Shown piece by piece: positions 1 through 12,411 of a DNA stretch of 64,000 bases; position 1 is the stretch's first letter; the number at the start of each line of letters is the position of its first letter. The translations under genes and the position numbers were made by a program. This DNA comes from Octopus vulgaris (taxonomy: Eukaryota), in the NCBI GenBank assembly GCA_951406725.2, contig OX597837.1, positions 38,936,001-39,000,000 of the forward strand, written 5' to 3'. The notes under the pieces are model-generated. The model had not been told where the DNA came from and made no database searches. It saw only the letters and a list, made by a program, of their open reading frames with translations.

Positions 1-1510
1 CTTGAAGTGTTTTGTGTTGCAAGACTGTGAGAGAGAATCATGATGTTGTAGGAGAGAAATGTGTCCGCATGGATGATGGTTCACTTGCATTTAATGAGGC
101 TGCAGAGAGATGTGGAGACGCCACTGTAAAAGGTTGCTAAATGAAGAGAATGAATGGGAGAAAGAGAGTCTGCCGAATATCAACCCAAGAGAGGGACTAG
201 CTATCTTAATTGACAGTACCTTGGTAGATAAAGCAATTAAGGGTATGAAGTCAGGGAAAGTCCCTGGCCCATCAGGAATCACTGTAGAGATGCTTAAAAT
301 ATTTGGCAGCATTGGCTATAGTCTAGTCACCCATATAGACAATCAGGTGATACATGAAGGAGTTATACCCAATGACTGGTGTAGCAGCACCATAGGCAAC
401 TGCTATAAAGGTAGGAATAATTGCAGAGGTATGAAGTTGTTGAATCAAGTAATGAAAGTCATGGAGAGGGTCATAGCCCAACTAATTAGAGAGAGTGTTA
501 GATTAGATAAGACACAGTTTGGGTTTGTGCCAGGGAAAAGCACCACTGATGCTATATTTCTGGTAAGGCATCTGCAGGAGAAATATCTGACCAAAGATAA
601 ACCTCTGTACTTGGCTTTTGTTGACTTGGAGAAAGCCTATGACAGGGTCCCCCGATCCCTTATCTGGTGGTCAATGCGGAAACTGGAGATAGGTGAGTGG
701 TTGGTGAGAGCTGTACAAGTCCTGTACAGGGATGCTCTCAGTAAGGTGAGGGTTGGCAATGAGTATAGTGAAGAATTCCGGCTAGAAGTAAGTGTTCACC
801 AAGGATCTGTCCTCATCCCCCTCTTATTCATCATAGTCCTCCAGGCAATAAGAGAGGACTTCAAGACAGGCTGCACATGGGAGCTCCTCTATGCTGATCG
901 CCTTGTCACTGCCAGAACTGGGAGACAGAGTTTAGGGTGTGGAAGCAAGGTCTGGAATTGAAGGGCTTTAGGGTTAACCTAGCAAAAACCAAAGTTTTAA
1001 TAAGTAGGAAGGCAGACAAATCACAAACCCCTTCAGGTGGATGGCCCTGCTCGATCTGTAAAAAAGGCATAGGTAGAAACTCCATATGAAGTGCCTGGTG
1101 TAAGCTGTAGACACACAAAAGGTGCAGTAATATCAAAGGAATGTTTACCGGGAAGATAGTTTTTGTGTATGAGAGATACACAGGAGCAAAAAACACTGAA
1201 GATGTACAGAGAACAGATTCCATCACACGACAGGGGGAAAAACTAGAAGTAGTTGATAGCTTTTGGTACCTATGTAACCAAGTCTGTAGTGGGGGTGGTT
1301 GCTTTGAGAGTGTAGCGGCTAGAATAAGAATAGCCTGGGCAAATTTCAGGGAGCTCCTACTTCTACTGGCAACTAAGGGGCTGTTACTCAGGATGAAAGG
1401 TAGACTGTATGATGCATGTGTGCGAACTGCCATGCTACATGGCAGTGAAACATGGGCCATGACTGCTGAGGACATGTGTAGGCTTAAAAGAAATGAAGCT
1501 AGTATAATCT
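1..1510 (+). mobile_element. RTE-clade LINE, decayed reverse transcriptase region (runs off the left edge)
   Basis: ORFs 110-961 and 1141-1641 carry QFGFVPGKSTTDAIF, AFVDLEKAYDRV, HQGSVLIPLLF, LLYAD and MLHGSETW; frameshifted. Confidence 0.93.
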
Positions 1511-2002
1511 GTACACACACAAACACACGCTCACACAAACACTATTGGTGCCCACACAATTTCTGTCTACCAAATTTTCTCACATTGGTTGGCCCATTCT
1601 GCCAAAATAAATGCTTTTTCATCCACATTGCCTTGAACTAATCAGGCATTATCTTGTAGCTATGAGATTTTGATGAGGTAGCTGTTAATTTTTAAAATGA
1701 TATTGTAGGATCGGTGTGAGAGACCAGATCTGGCCATTTTGAACATAAAACAGGCAGAATACTTTTGGCCGGATATGGCCAGTTTAAATGCTAAAGAGTT
1801 AAGATGCCATGGAGTGGAACTGAACCGAGAACCATGCGATTGCTAAGCTAGATTCTTAACCACACAACCCCCAAAAATAAAGTAAAAAAAGAGAAAAGAA
1901 AAACAAGCAAACAAAATAGAAATGAAAAAAATAAAACATATAACTGCATTTATTTATCTATTTGTTTTTTTTTTAAATTTTGTTTTTTCTGTTTCTTTCC
2001 AG

Positions 2003-2091
2003 TTAGGAGAATCTCTACAGACCTTGAGTCCGAAGTGGTCAAGAAGGCCAGACGATATCCATTAAGGTCCTCAAAACGGCGGAGTACTTAA
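2003..2091 (+). CDS. Candidate terminal exon of an off-window CARD paralog
   Basis: Long pyrimidine tract ending TTTCTTTCCAG; phase-1 reading gives VRRISTDLESEVVKKARRYPLRSSKRRST*; homologous to 53387-53472. Confidence 0.45.
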
Positions 2092-2408
2092 TGTGATGGT
2101 GACACGGGTGGCAATGCTGGAGCATCGCTATAACAGGGTTTTAATCAAACTAATCAAATTTACTCCATTATATTCTTTTATTTGCTTCTGTAATTTAACT
2201 GTGGCCATGCTAGAGCACCCCTTTAGTAGAACAAATCAACTCCAGGGCTTATTCTTTGTAAGCTTAGTATCTCTTCTATCAGTCTCTTTTGCTGGACTGC
2301 TAAGTTATAGAAATGTAAACACACCAACATCGGTTGTCGAGTGATGGTGGGAGAACAAACACAGACACACAAACATATATATATATATATATATACACAT
2401 ATATATAT

Positions 2409-2480
<72 letters not shown>

Positions 2481-2487
<7 letters not shown>

Positions 2488-5400
2488 CAACAATTGAGGG
2501 TAAAATTAATTAATTATTAATCAATTTCACCAAGTGTTCAGTATGCAAAGGGACCATTTAAGGCGAATTCAAATTATTACATTATATAAAAGGGCTTAGT
2601 AAAATAAATTACTTTGCCGCATACTGAACTCATTAGAAATAGCAGCTAAAAAACTTTTTTAAAGCTATTTCTAATACTTAAAGAAAATCTCTCTCATATA
2701 TAGTGTTTGCTTAATTCAACTCACAAAAGTTTGGGGGTAAGGACATTAAAAAATCAAATGCTAAGGTTATTTGAGAACGTACGTTTCAAGATTAGTCAAA
2801 ACAACACTTCTATCTTCAGCTCAGAAACTCCTTGGTTTGGATTTGGAAACACTGAAAGTAAGAACATACCCTTTCGAAGATCCGCTCGTAACTAACAGTG
2901 CCAACAAACCCAAATAAGCAAGTGAAGAATTTCTGTTCTCCCCTTTCCACCAGCGTGGGTTAAAATCATCAAACGCTATGCTTATTTCGGTAAAATCCGA
3001 AGCATTAATTAGAGGGAGATTAATTATAATTTCAACAATTGAGGGTAAAATTAATTAATTATTAATCAATTTCACCAAGTGTTCAGTATGCAAAGGGACC
3101 ATTTAAGGCGAATTCAAATTATTACATTATATAAAAGGGCTTAGTAAAATAAATTACTTTGCCGCATACTGAACTCATTAGAAATAGCAGCTAAAAAACT
3201 TTTTTAAAGCTATTTCTAATACTTAAAGAAAATCTCTCTCATATATAGTGTTTGCTTAATTCAACTCACAAAAGTTTGGGGGTAAGGACATTAAAAAATC
3301 AAATGCTAAGGTTATTTGAGAACGTACGTTTCAAGATTAGTCAAAACAACACTTCTATCTTCAGCTCAGAAACTCCTTGGTTTGGATTTGGAAACACTGA
3401 AAGTAAGAACATACCCTTTCGAAGATCCGCTCGTAACTAACAGTGCCAACAAACCCAAATAAGCAAGTGAAGAATTTCTGTTCTCCCCTTTCCACCAGCG
3501 TGGGTTAAAATCATCAAACGCTATGCTTATTTCGGTAAAATCCGAAGCATTAATTAGAGGGAGATTAATTATAATTTCAACAATTGAGGGTAAAATTAAT
3601 TAATTATTAATCAATTTCACCAAGTGTTCAGTATGCAAAGGGACCATTTAAGGCGAATTCAAATTATTACATTATATAAAAGGGCTTAGTAAAATAAATT
3701 ACTTTGCCGCATACTGAACTCATTAGAAATAGCAGCTAAAAAACTTTTTTAAAGCTATTTCTAATACTTAAAGAAAATCTCTCTCATATATAGTGTTTGC
3801 TTAATTCAACTCACAAAAGTTTGGGGGTAAGGACATTAAAAAATCAAATGCTAAGGTTATTTGAGAACGTACGTTTCAAGATTAGTCAAAACAACACTTC
3901 TATCTTCAGCTCAGAAACTCCTTGGTTTGGATTTGGAAACACTGAAAGTAAGAACATACCCTTTCGAAGATCCGCTCGTAACTAACAGTGCCAACAAACC
4001 CAAATAAGCAAGTGAAGAATTTCTGTTCTCCCCTTTCCACCAGCGTGGGTTAAAATCATCAAACGCTATGCTTATTTCGGTAAAATCCGAAGCATTAATT
4101 AGAGGGAGATTAATTATAATTTCAACAATTGAGGGTAAAATTAATTAATTATTAATCAATTTCACCAAGTGTTCAGTATGCAAAGGGACCATTTAAGGCG
4201 AATTCAAATTATTACATTATATAAAAGGGCTTAGTAAAATAAATTACTTTGCCGCATACTGAACTCATTAGAAATAGCAGCTAAAAAACTTTTTTAAACT
4301 ATTTCTAATACTTAAAGAAAATCTCTCTCATATATAGTGTTTGCTTAATTCAACTCACAAAAGTTTGGGGGTAAGGACATTAAAAAATCAAATGCTAAGG
4401 TTATTTGAGAACGTACGTTTCAAGATTAGTCAAAACAACACTTCTATCTTCAGCTCAGAAACTCCTTGGTTTGGATTTGGAAACACTGAAAGTAAGAACA
4501 TACCCTTTCGAAGATCCGCTCGTAACTAACAGTGCCAACAAACCCAAATAAGCAAGTGAAGAATTTCTGTTCTCCCCTTTCCACCAGCGTGGGTTAAAAT
4601 CATCAAACGCTATGCTTATTTCGGTAAAATCCGAAGCATTAATTAGAGGGAGATTAATTATAATTTCAACAATTGAGGGTAAAATTAATTAATTATTAAT
4701 CAATTTCACCAAGTGTTCAGTATGCAAAGGGACCATTTAAGGCGAATTCAAATTATTACATTATATAAAAGGGCTTAGTAAAATAAATTACTTTGCCGCA
4801 TACTGAACTCATTAGAAATAGCAGCTAAAAAACTTTTTTTAAACTATTTCTAATACTTAAAGAAAATCTCTCTCATATATAGTGTTTGCTTAATTCAACT
4901 CACAAAAGTTTGGGGGTAAGGACATTAAAAAATCAAATGCTAAGGTTATTTGAGAACGTACGTTTCAAGATTAGTCAAAACAACACTTCTATCTTCAGCT
5001 CAGAAACTCCTTGGTTTGGATTTGGAAACACTGAAAGTAAGAACATACCCTTTCGAAGATCCGCTCGTAACTAACAGTGCCAACAAACCCAAATAAGCAA
5101 GTGAAGAATTTCTGTTCTCCCCTTTCCACCAGCGTGGGTTAAAATCATCAAACGCTATGCTTATTTCGGTAAAATCCGAAGCATTAATTAGAGGGAGATT
5201 AATTATAATTTCAACAATTGAGGGTAAAATTAATTAATTATTAATCAATTTCACCAAGTGTTCAGTATGCAAAGGGACCATTTAAGGCGAATTCAAATTA
5301 TTACATTATATAAAAGGGCTTAGTAAAATAAATTACTTTGCCGCATACTGAACTCATTAGAAATAGCAGCTAAAAAACTTTTTTAAACTATTTCTAATAC

Positions 5401-5869
5401 TTAAAGAAAATCTCTCTCATATATAGTGTTTGCTTAATTCAACTCACAAAAGTTTGGGGGTAAGGACATTAAAAAATCAAATGCTAAGGTTATTTGAGAA
5501 CGTACGTTTCAAGATTAGTCAAAACAACACTTCTATCTTCAGCTCAGAAACTCCTTGGTTTGGATTTGGAAACACTGAAAGTAAGAACATACCCTTTCGA
5601 AGATCCGCTCGTAACTAACAGTGCCAACAAACCCAAATAAGCAAGTGAAGAATTTCTGTTCTCCCCTTTCCACCAGCGTGGGTTAAAATCATCAAACGCT
5701 ATGCTTATTTCGGTAAAATCCGAAGCATTAATTAGAGGGAGATTAATTATAATTTCAACAATTGAGGGTAAAATTAATTAATTATTAATCAATTTCACCA
5801 AGTGTTCAGTATGCAAAGGGACCATTTAAGGCGAATTCAAATTATTACATTATATAAAAGGGCTTAGTA
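2481..5869 (-). repeat. 544-545 bp tandem array, 6 full units plus a partial, each full unit with a hammerhead-like motif
   Basis: Identical 62-aa ORF recurs at 2707, 3252, 3797, 4341, 4886 and 5430; visible unit differences are limited to a T-tract; abuts (TA)n. Confidence 0.97.
2772..2823 (-). ncRNA. Minimal type I hammerhead-like motif (also 3317-3368, 3862-3913, 4406-4457, 4951-5002, 5495-5546)
   Basis: Minus strand: TGAG-CTGAAGA-(25-nt stem-loop II)-GAAA-C-GTAC-G-TT-CTCA; stem I TGAG/CTCA; palindromic stem III AACGTACGTT. Confidence 0.7.
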
Positions 5870-5871
5870 AT

Positions 5872-6681
5872 TAGAATTAGCAATAAAGCTTAGTTCAAAC
5901 TTGGAGAGGTTCCTAAACTTGGAAAATTGGTGCCTTGTGAATTGTCTGAAAGCAACTGCAAATCCCGAGTTGACATCTGCTCTTCTCTCCATTCTCGCGA
6001 ACTCATTTCACTCTTTTTGGATAGTCTTGTGACTGGTGATGAAAAATGGATCTTCTGTCGAAATGTTAAACGTCGTAAACAGTGGCTTGGTAAAAGGGAA
6101 AAGGCTCAACCACAACTGAGAAGGGAATTTCATGGGAAAAAGGTTCTCTCTATGTGGTGGGATTGCAAAGGAGTAATTCACTTTGAATTGTTACCACCTA
6201 ATGCAATAATCAATGCTCAAGTCTACTGTCAGCAATTAGAGTGTTTGAACCAAGCTTTGAAGAAAAAAAACCTGCTTTAGTAAATCGAAAAGGAGTGATG
6301 TTTAATCAGGACAATGCGTGACCCCACACTGCAAAGATCACATCACAGAAGATCGAAGACTTTGGTTGGGAAAAAAGTCCTCATCCACCTTATTCTCCTG
6401 ACATTGCTCCTTCAGACTACCATTTGTTTTGTAGTTTATAGAATCATTTGGGGGACATAACTTTCGTAAGCCAGGAGGAGGTCGAAACTGACATTTCAGA
6501 GTTCTTCGCTTTGAAACCAAAAGAGTCTTACATTGATGGGATTAAAAAGCTTGTAAATAGATGGAAGGAAGTGATAGATAATCAGGGAAAGTACATTGAT
6601 GGTTAAATTTCAATTAAATATAACATTTGATCACTTGTTTTCTTTATTCAAAATTCGGAGAGAACTTATGGGATGACCTGA
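5872..6681 (+). mobile_element. Mariner transposon, 3' part, decayed
   Basis: VTGDEKW, QDNA and PHPPYSPDIAPSDYHLF motifs; same element as 55190-56322. Confidence 0.9.
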
Positions 6682-6989
6682 AAGATAATCCTGCAAAATG
6701 ACATTTAATTAGATTAAATATATTCAAATATATATAATTGTTACTTGATGCCATTAGACATTCTAAAACACTGTTAAAACATTTACAAATTGAAAATATA
6801 GAAGTTCAGACATTACATATGGGATGGCCTGGTATTTTTTTTTTCAATTTACTTCTTTCACCTTCTTTTATTCTTGTAACCTGTTCATGCAATGTCTCCC
6901 CCTTGTCTGCCCTTCTGACAAATAAAAGAAATTTCTTCTATTGTTTTTTTGTGGTTTTTGATTACCTTGCACACATGTTTTCTGAGCTC

Positions 6990-7410
6990 GGATCTTTTCG
7001 GTTTGAACGGAAGGTTTTAACATAATTTCTAGGTAACTAAAAAATTTTAAACTTCGTATACTGGTAGAATGTGTTTATAAAACACCTTTTTCTCTTGGCT
7101 TTATCGAGAAAATTCTATAGTTTGTAAGATATTTGTTGTTTTTTTCTTCAGTTTCTGCAATTTCAACCAATCACTGACGTCCATTGAGGTAAAAAACATT
7201 CTGTGCCATATGGATATGTCCCTCGTTTAAGAAACAGATTGAGTTTATTTACATTTGTGAAGAAAAAAAAGATACTCTTCCCCCCACCCCTAACTAACCC
7301 TAACCCTAAAACAGATTGAAATGCAATAGATCGATACTAGGGTCATAATTATGGGTGACAATTTCATATGACACCGCTAGAAAAAACTGCCGTTCAAACC
7401 AAAAAGATCC
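6990..7410. mobile_element. MITE with GGATC TIRs and 8-bp TSD (Merlin- or Mutator-like); copies 28307-28727, 56631-57054, 62537-62954, partial 29462-29538
   Basis: TIRs GGATCTTTTCGGTTTGAACGG / CCGTTCAAACCAAAAAGATCC; TSD CTGAGCTC; the independent copy has TSD AAGACGTT/AAGATGTT. Confidence 0.88.
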
Positions 7411-7870
7411 CTGAGCTCTGCATACCCCGGGAAAGATATGCAGTAACATATATCTGGAAGATCCTGGAAGGAATTGTGCCAAATTTTGGGATTGAAAGCT
7501 ACACCAATGCCACAACGGGTCGACACTGCATAGTGCCAAAGGTCCCAGCAATGCCATCACGCTTCAGGACCAGTTACTGCAACATCCTGGGTTTCAAGGG
7601 CCCACAGCTTTTTAATATTCTCCCAAAGAGTCTGAGGAACTTGCACAAAATAGATGTAGGGGTTTTTAAATCAAAGCTGGACATGTTCCTGTCGAGAGTC
7701 CCAGATGAACCTACCTCATGGCAAGAGGTGCAAATGAGAGTAGCTATATCAAACTCCATGCTTCACCAAATGCCACCTGTTAGAGGAGGCTCTTAGTATA
7801 ATAACAGTGCAGCAAAATGGCGGTGCACCAGCATGACCACAGCTCTGAGCTGAAACTAGTGAGAAAAAGA
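7411..7870 (+). mobile_element. 3' end of a CR1/L2-group LINE (copies ~57055-57515 +, ~62085-62536 -)
   Basis: RERYAVTYIWKIL...GPQLFNILPKSLR...FKSKLDMFLSRVPDEP, followed by a short 3' UTR. Confidence 0.7.
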
Positions 7871-8304
7871 GAAAAAAATTTAATTTAATTTTTTTTTATT
7901 TGATGGTTTAAAAAATTAAAAAAGAATTTTTTTAGTTGTGTTTGTATTGTTAAGGAGCTTGCTTTGCAAACTTATGATTTCAAGTTCAAACCCACTGAGC
8001 AGCACCTTGAGCAAGTGTCTTCTAATATAGTTCTGGGTGAGTGAACTTTGGACAGAAACTGTGAGGAATCCTGATGTGTGCAAAGCAAGAAAATGTGTTT
8101 CTTCATTACACGGCCATTCATAAAAAACTCAGGTGATATTACACCTGGTGACATGAGGTAAAAGGAACTTACAGGTTGTGGTGCTCTGGTTGACTTCAAG
8201 CCAAAACTCCAGCTTGGACTGTAACTAGAAAAAACCTGGGATGTTTATACCTACCCAGCAAAGATGGGCAACTGGTAAATGTTTCAATCAAGCAGGTATG
8301 TATT

Positions 8305-8530
8305 TAATAGAGTAAAAGAATAAAAGAACGATAGAGTAGAAGGATAACAGAATGATAGAATAAAAGAATAATAAGAGTAAAAGGATAACAATGCTAGAAT
8401 AAAAGAATAGTAGAGTAAAAGGATAACAGAATGATAGAGTAAAAGGATAACAATGATAGAGCAAAAGAATAATAGAATGATAGAGTAAAAGGATAACAGA
8501 ATGATAGAATAAAAGAGTAAAAGGATAAAC
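8305..8530. repeat. Purine-rich minisatellite (AGAATGATAGAGTAAAAGGATAAC-like units)
   Basis: Directly visible; shorter at 57950-58090, inverted at 61420-61640. Confidence 0.85.
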
Positions 8531-8888
8531 ACAAAAAACTGGTATCGGGTGAGGTGACGTATATTTAAGCATGAGGGTTGAGTACAGGAGTACAGATCAC
8601 AAGAGGACAATAAAAGATCAGCTGAAGACCATTCAGAATGTCCAGTGGCACGTAAAGAGCGCCGTTCAAGTGTGGTTGGTGCCAGTGCCGCCTGACTGGC
8701 ACGTAAAAACTACCCACTATACTTTCGGGATGGTTGAAGTTAGGAAGGGCATCCAGCTTTTCAAAAATCGATCCTGTCTGTTAAGAAAAAATCGATGCAG
8801 TTCCGATAAAGGACTGAATCAACGCTTATTGAAAAGATTGCAAAGACGGAACGAAAATTTTTGTAAAAATAAATGAGTGAAAATCAGA

Positions 8889-11011
8889 CCTATTTCTTTA
8901 TTGCCCACAGGGGGCTAAACACAGAGAGGACAGACAAGCGGATTAAGTCGATTACATCGACCCCAGTGCGTAACTGGTACTTAATTTATCGACCCCGAAA
9001 GGATTAAAGGCAAAGTCGACCTTGGCGGAATTTGAACTAAAGAACGTAAAGACAGATAAAATACCTATTTCTTTACTACCCAGAGGGGGCAGACAAGAGG
9101 ATTAAGTCGATTACATCGACCCCAGTGCGTAACTGGTACTTAATTTATCGACCCCGAAAGGATTAAAGGCAAAGTCGACCTTGGCGGAATTTGAACTCAG
9201 AACGTAAAGACAGACGAAATACCTATTTCTTTATTGCCCGCAAGGGGCTAAACACAGAGAGGACAGACAAGCGGATTAAGTCGATTACATCGACCCCAGT
9301 GCGTAACTGGTACTTAATTTATCGATCCCGAAAGGATTAAAGGCAAAGTCGACCTCGGCGGAATTTGAACTCAGAACGTTAAGACAGACGAAATACCTAT
9401 TTCTTTATTGCCCACAAGGGGCTAAACACAGAGAGGACAGACAAGCGGATTAAGTCGATTACATCGACCCCAGTGCGTAACTGGTACTTAATTTATCGAT
9501 CCCGAAAGGATTAAAGGCAAAGTCGACCTCGGCGGAATTTGAACTCAGAACGTAAAGACAGACGAAATACCTATTTCTTTATTGCCCACAAGGGGCTAAA
9601 CACAGAGAGGACAGACAAGCGGATTAAGTCGATTACATCGACCCCAGTGCGTAACTGGTACTTAATTTATCGATCCCGAAAGGATTAAAGGCAAAGTCGA
9701 CCTCGGCGGAATTTGAACTCAGAACGTAAAGACAGACGAAATACCTATTTCTTTATTGCCCACAAGGGGCTAAACACAGAGAGGACAGACAAGCGGATTA
9801 AGTCGATTACATCGACCCCAGTGCGTAACTGGTACTTAATTTATCGACCCCGAAAGGATTAAAGGCAAAGTCGACCTCGGCGGAATTTGAACTCAGAACG
9901 TAAAGACAGACGAAATACCTATTTCTTTATTGCCCACAAGGGGCTAAACACAGAGAGGACAGACAAGCGGATTAAGTCGATTACATCGACCCCAGTGCGT
10001 AACTGGTACTTAATTTATCGATCCCGAAAGGATTAAAGGCAAAGTCGACCTCGGCGGAATTTGAACTCAGAACGTAAAGACAGACGAAATACCTATTTCT
10101 TTATTGCCCACAAGGGGCTAAACACAGAGAGGACAGACAAGCGGATTAAGTCGATTACATCGACCCCAGTGCGTAACTGGTACTTAATTTATCGATCCCG
10201 AAAGGATTAAAGGCAAAGTCGACCTCGGCGGAATTTGAACTCAGAACGTAAAGACAGACGAAATACCTATTTCTTTATTGCCCACAAGGGGCTAAACACA
10301 GAGAGGACAGACAAGCGGATTAAGTCGATTACATCGACCCCAGTGCGTAACTGGTACTTAATTTATCGATCCCGAAAGGATTAAAGGCAAAGTCGACCTC
10401 GGCGGAATTTGAACTCAGAACGTAAAGACAGACGAAATACCTATTTCTTTATTGCCCACAAGGGGCTAAACACAGAGAGGACAGACAAGCGGATTAAGTC
10501 GATTACATCGACCCCAGTGCGTAACTGGTACTTAATTTATCGACCCCGAAAGGATTAAAGGCAAAGTCGACCTTGGCGGAATTTGAACTAAAGAACGTAA
10601 AGACAGATAAAATACCTATTTCTTTACTACCCAGAAGGGGCTAAACACAGAGGGGGCAGACAAGAGGATTAAGTCGATTACATCGACCCCAGTGCGTAAC
10701 TGGTACTTAATTCATCGATCCCGAAAGGATTAAAGGCAAAGTCGACCTCGGCGGAATTTGAACTCAGAACGTAAAGACAGACGAAATACCTATTTCTTTA
10801 TTGCCCACAAGGGGCTAAACACAGAGAGGACAGACAAGCGGATTAAGTCGATTACATCGACCCCAGTGCGTAACTGGTACTTAATTTATCGACCCCGAAA
10901 GGATTAAAGGCAAAGTCGACCTCGGCGGAATTTGAACTCAGAACGTAACGGCAGACGAAATACGGCTACGTATTTCGCCCGGTGTGCTAACGTTTCTGCC
11001 AGCTCGCCGCC
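8889..11011 (-). repeat. Tandem array of 12 ~174-bp SINE-body units behind one tRNA-like head
   Basis: CCTATTTC unit marks at 8889, 9064, 9222, 9396, 9570, 9744, 9918, 10092, 10266, 10440, 10615, 10789; head GGCGGCGAGCTGGCAGAAACGTTAG and B box GAGTTCAAATTCC on the minus strand. Confidence 0.92.
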
Positions 11012-11199
11012 TGAAAACCAAACCAGTGACATAGTTGAATTGTTTATTGTATTGAGACTTAATTGCCGCCATACTTTCCCTTAATTTTTTATTTATTCAT
11101 GCCTTTCATTACGAGGACCCTTTTGCAGCAACAGACACAGAAAACCATGCAGTCATACGTGCTATGATTGGGGGGAAAAAAAAAGAAATTTCTTTCTCT

Positions 11200-11815
11200 C
11201 TTTTGCTTGTTTCAGTCATTTGACTGCGGTCATGCTGGAGCACCGCTTTCAGTCGAGCAGATTGACCCCAGGACTTATTCTTTGTTAGCCTAGTACTTAT
11301 TCTACCGGTCTCTGGATGTGTAATGTCAGTGTCCATGCATGACAGTGTAAGCGACCTGAGAGAAATGCTGGACATAAGAAGCATTGGATGTGGTGTGCAA
11401 GAGAGACGTTTGCACTGGTATGGTCATATACTGCGGATGGATGAGGAGAGATGTGTGAAGAAGTGCCACTCCCAAACAGTTGAAGGTATCCAGGGAGAGG
11501 TAGACCCAGGAAGACATGGGATGAAGTGATCAAGCATGACCTTCGAACATTGGGTAAACACACCAGCATCGGTTGTCAAGTGATGTTAGGGGGACAAACA
11601 GAAACACACAAACATATACACACACATACATATATACATATATACAGATATACGACAGGCTTCTTTCAGTTTCCGTCTACCAAATCCACTCACAAGGCTT
11701 TGGTCGGCCCGAGGCTATAGTAGAAGACACTTGCCCAAGGTGCCACGCAGTGGGACTGAACCCGGAACCATGTGGTTGGTAAGCAAGCTACTTACCACAC
11801 AGCCACTCCTGCGCC
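11200..11815 (-). mobile_element. CORE-type tRNA SINE interrupted by an RTE 3' fragment (~11311-11552); inverted duplicate ~59331-59950
   Basis: SINE head and tail flank LREMLDIRSIGCGVQERRLHWYGH-coding sequence. Confidence 0.8.
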
Positions 11816-12411
11816 TTTGAAATGCTTCTTTTGAGGTAAGATTCCAGCAACGTGGAAGCCTTTGTGAGATTGTTTATTTTGCTAGATATAGCAGCCAAAG
11901 ACACTACCGTGTCTCATTATATTAAATAGATGCCCAGTTTGATTATATGTGTGTCTGTGCGACTGTATTCGAGTGTGTGTATGTGGTGGAGTAGCAAACG
12001 AAGCCATAATAACGAAATTATGAAAAGCATTCAAATATGAAGAAACCGTATTCCTAAAACAGTGCAAAACACCGCTAGAAATAAGAGGAAAATATCTAAA
12101 CGTTTACACAACGTTGATGATACATGGGAGACAACTCTTATAAAGCTTTTTATATAAGTTATCTCCCTTAGTCTATAGCTTTAAAAACATTTTTCTCCGT
12201 TTTCTCTTTAAAATTTACTGCTTCAAACGCTTCCGGTTTCGAAAAGAGTCGGGTCACGTGGAGGACTTTAGGAGGTCGTTTGCTTTGCTGGTTATAGCAG
12301 CAAAATATCCCTCAGAGAATACCTGGTATCAATTAAATGCAAGGAATATACGATTAATGGGCGGAATTCTGCCTTCAACACCGCAAATAAGGCTACGAAA
12401 GTGAAAAGATC

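Larger units (their letters stand above)
1..8560 (+). repeat. Segmental duplication, copy 1 (direct match to 51385-58122)
   Basis: Near-identical ORFs at offset 51384 (110/51494, 1141/52525); mariner, MITE and CR1-type fragment in the same order; middle parts differ. Confidence 0.95.

Noticed and set aside
2707-5618. Six identical 62-aa ORFs
   Set aside because: TTG start, no domain resemblance; they only mark the repeat period.
8889-11011. CRISPR-like array or hammerhead in the 174-bp repeats
   Set aside because: No unique spacers, eukaryotic context, and no CTGANGA core seen on either strand.
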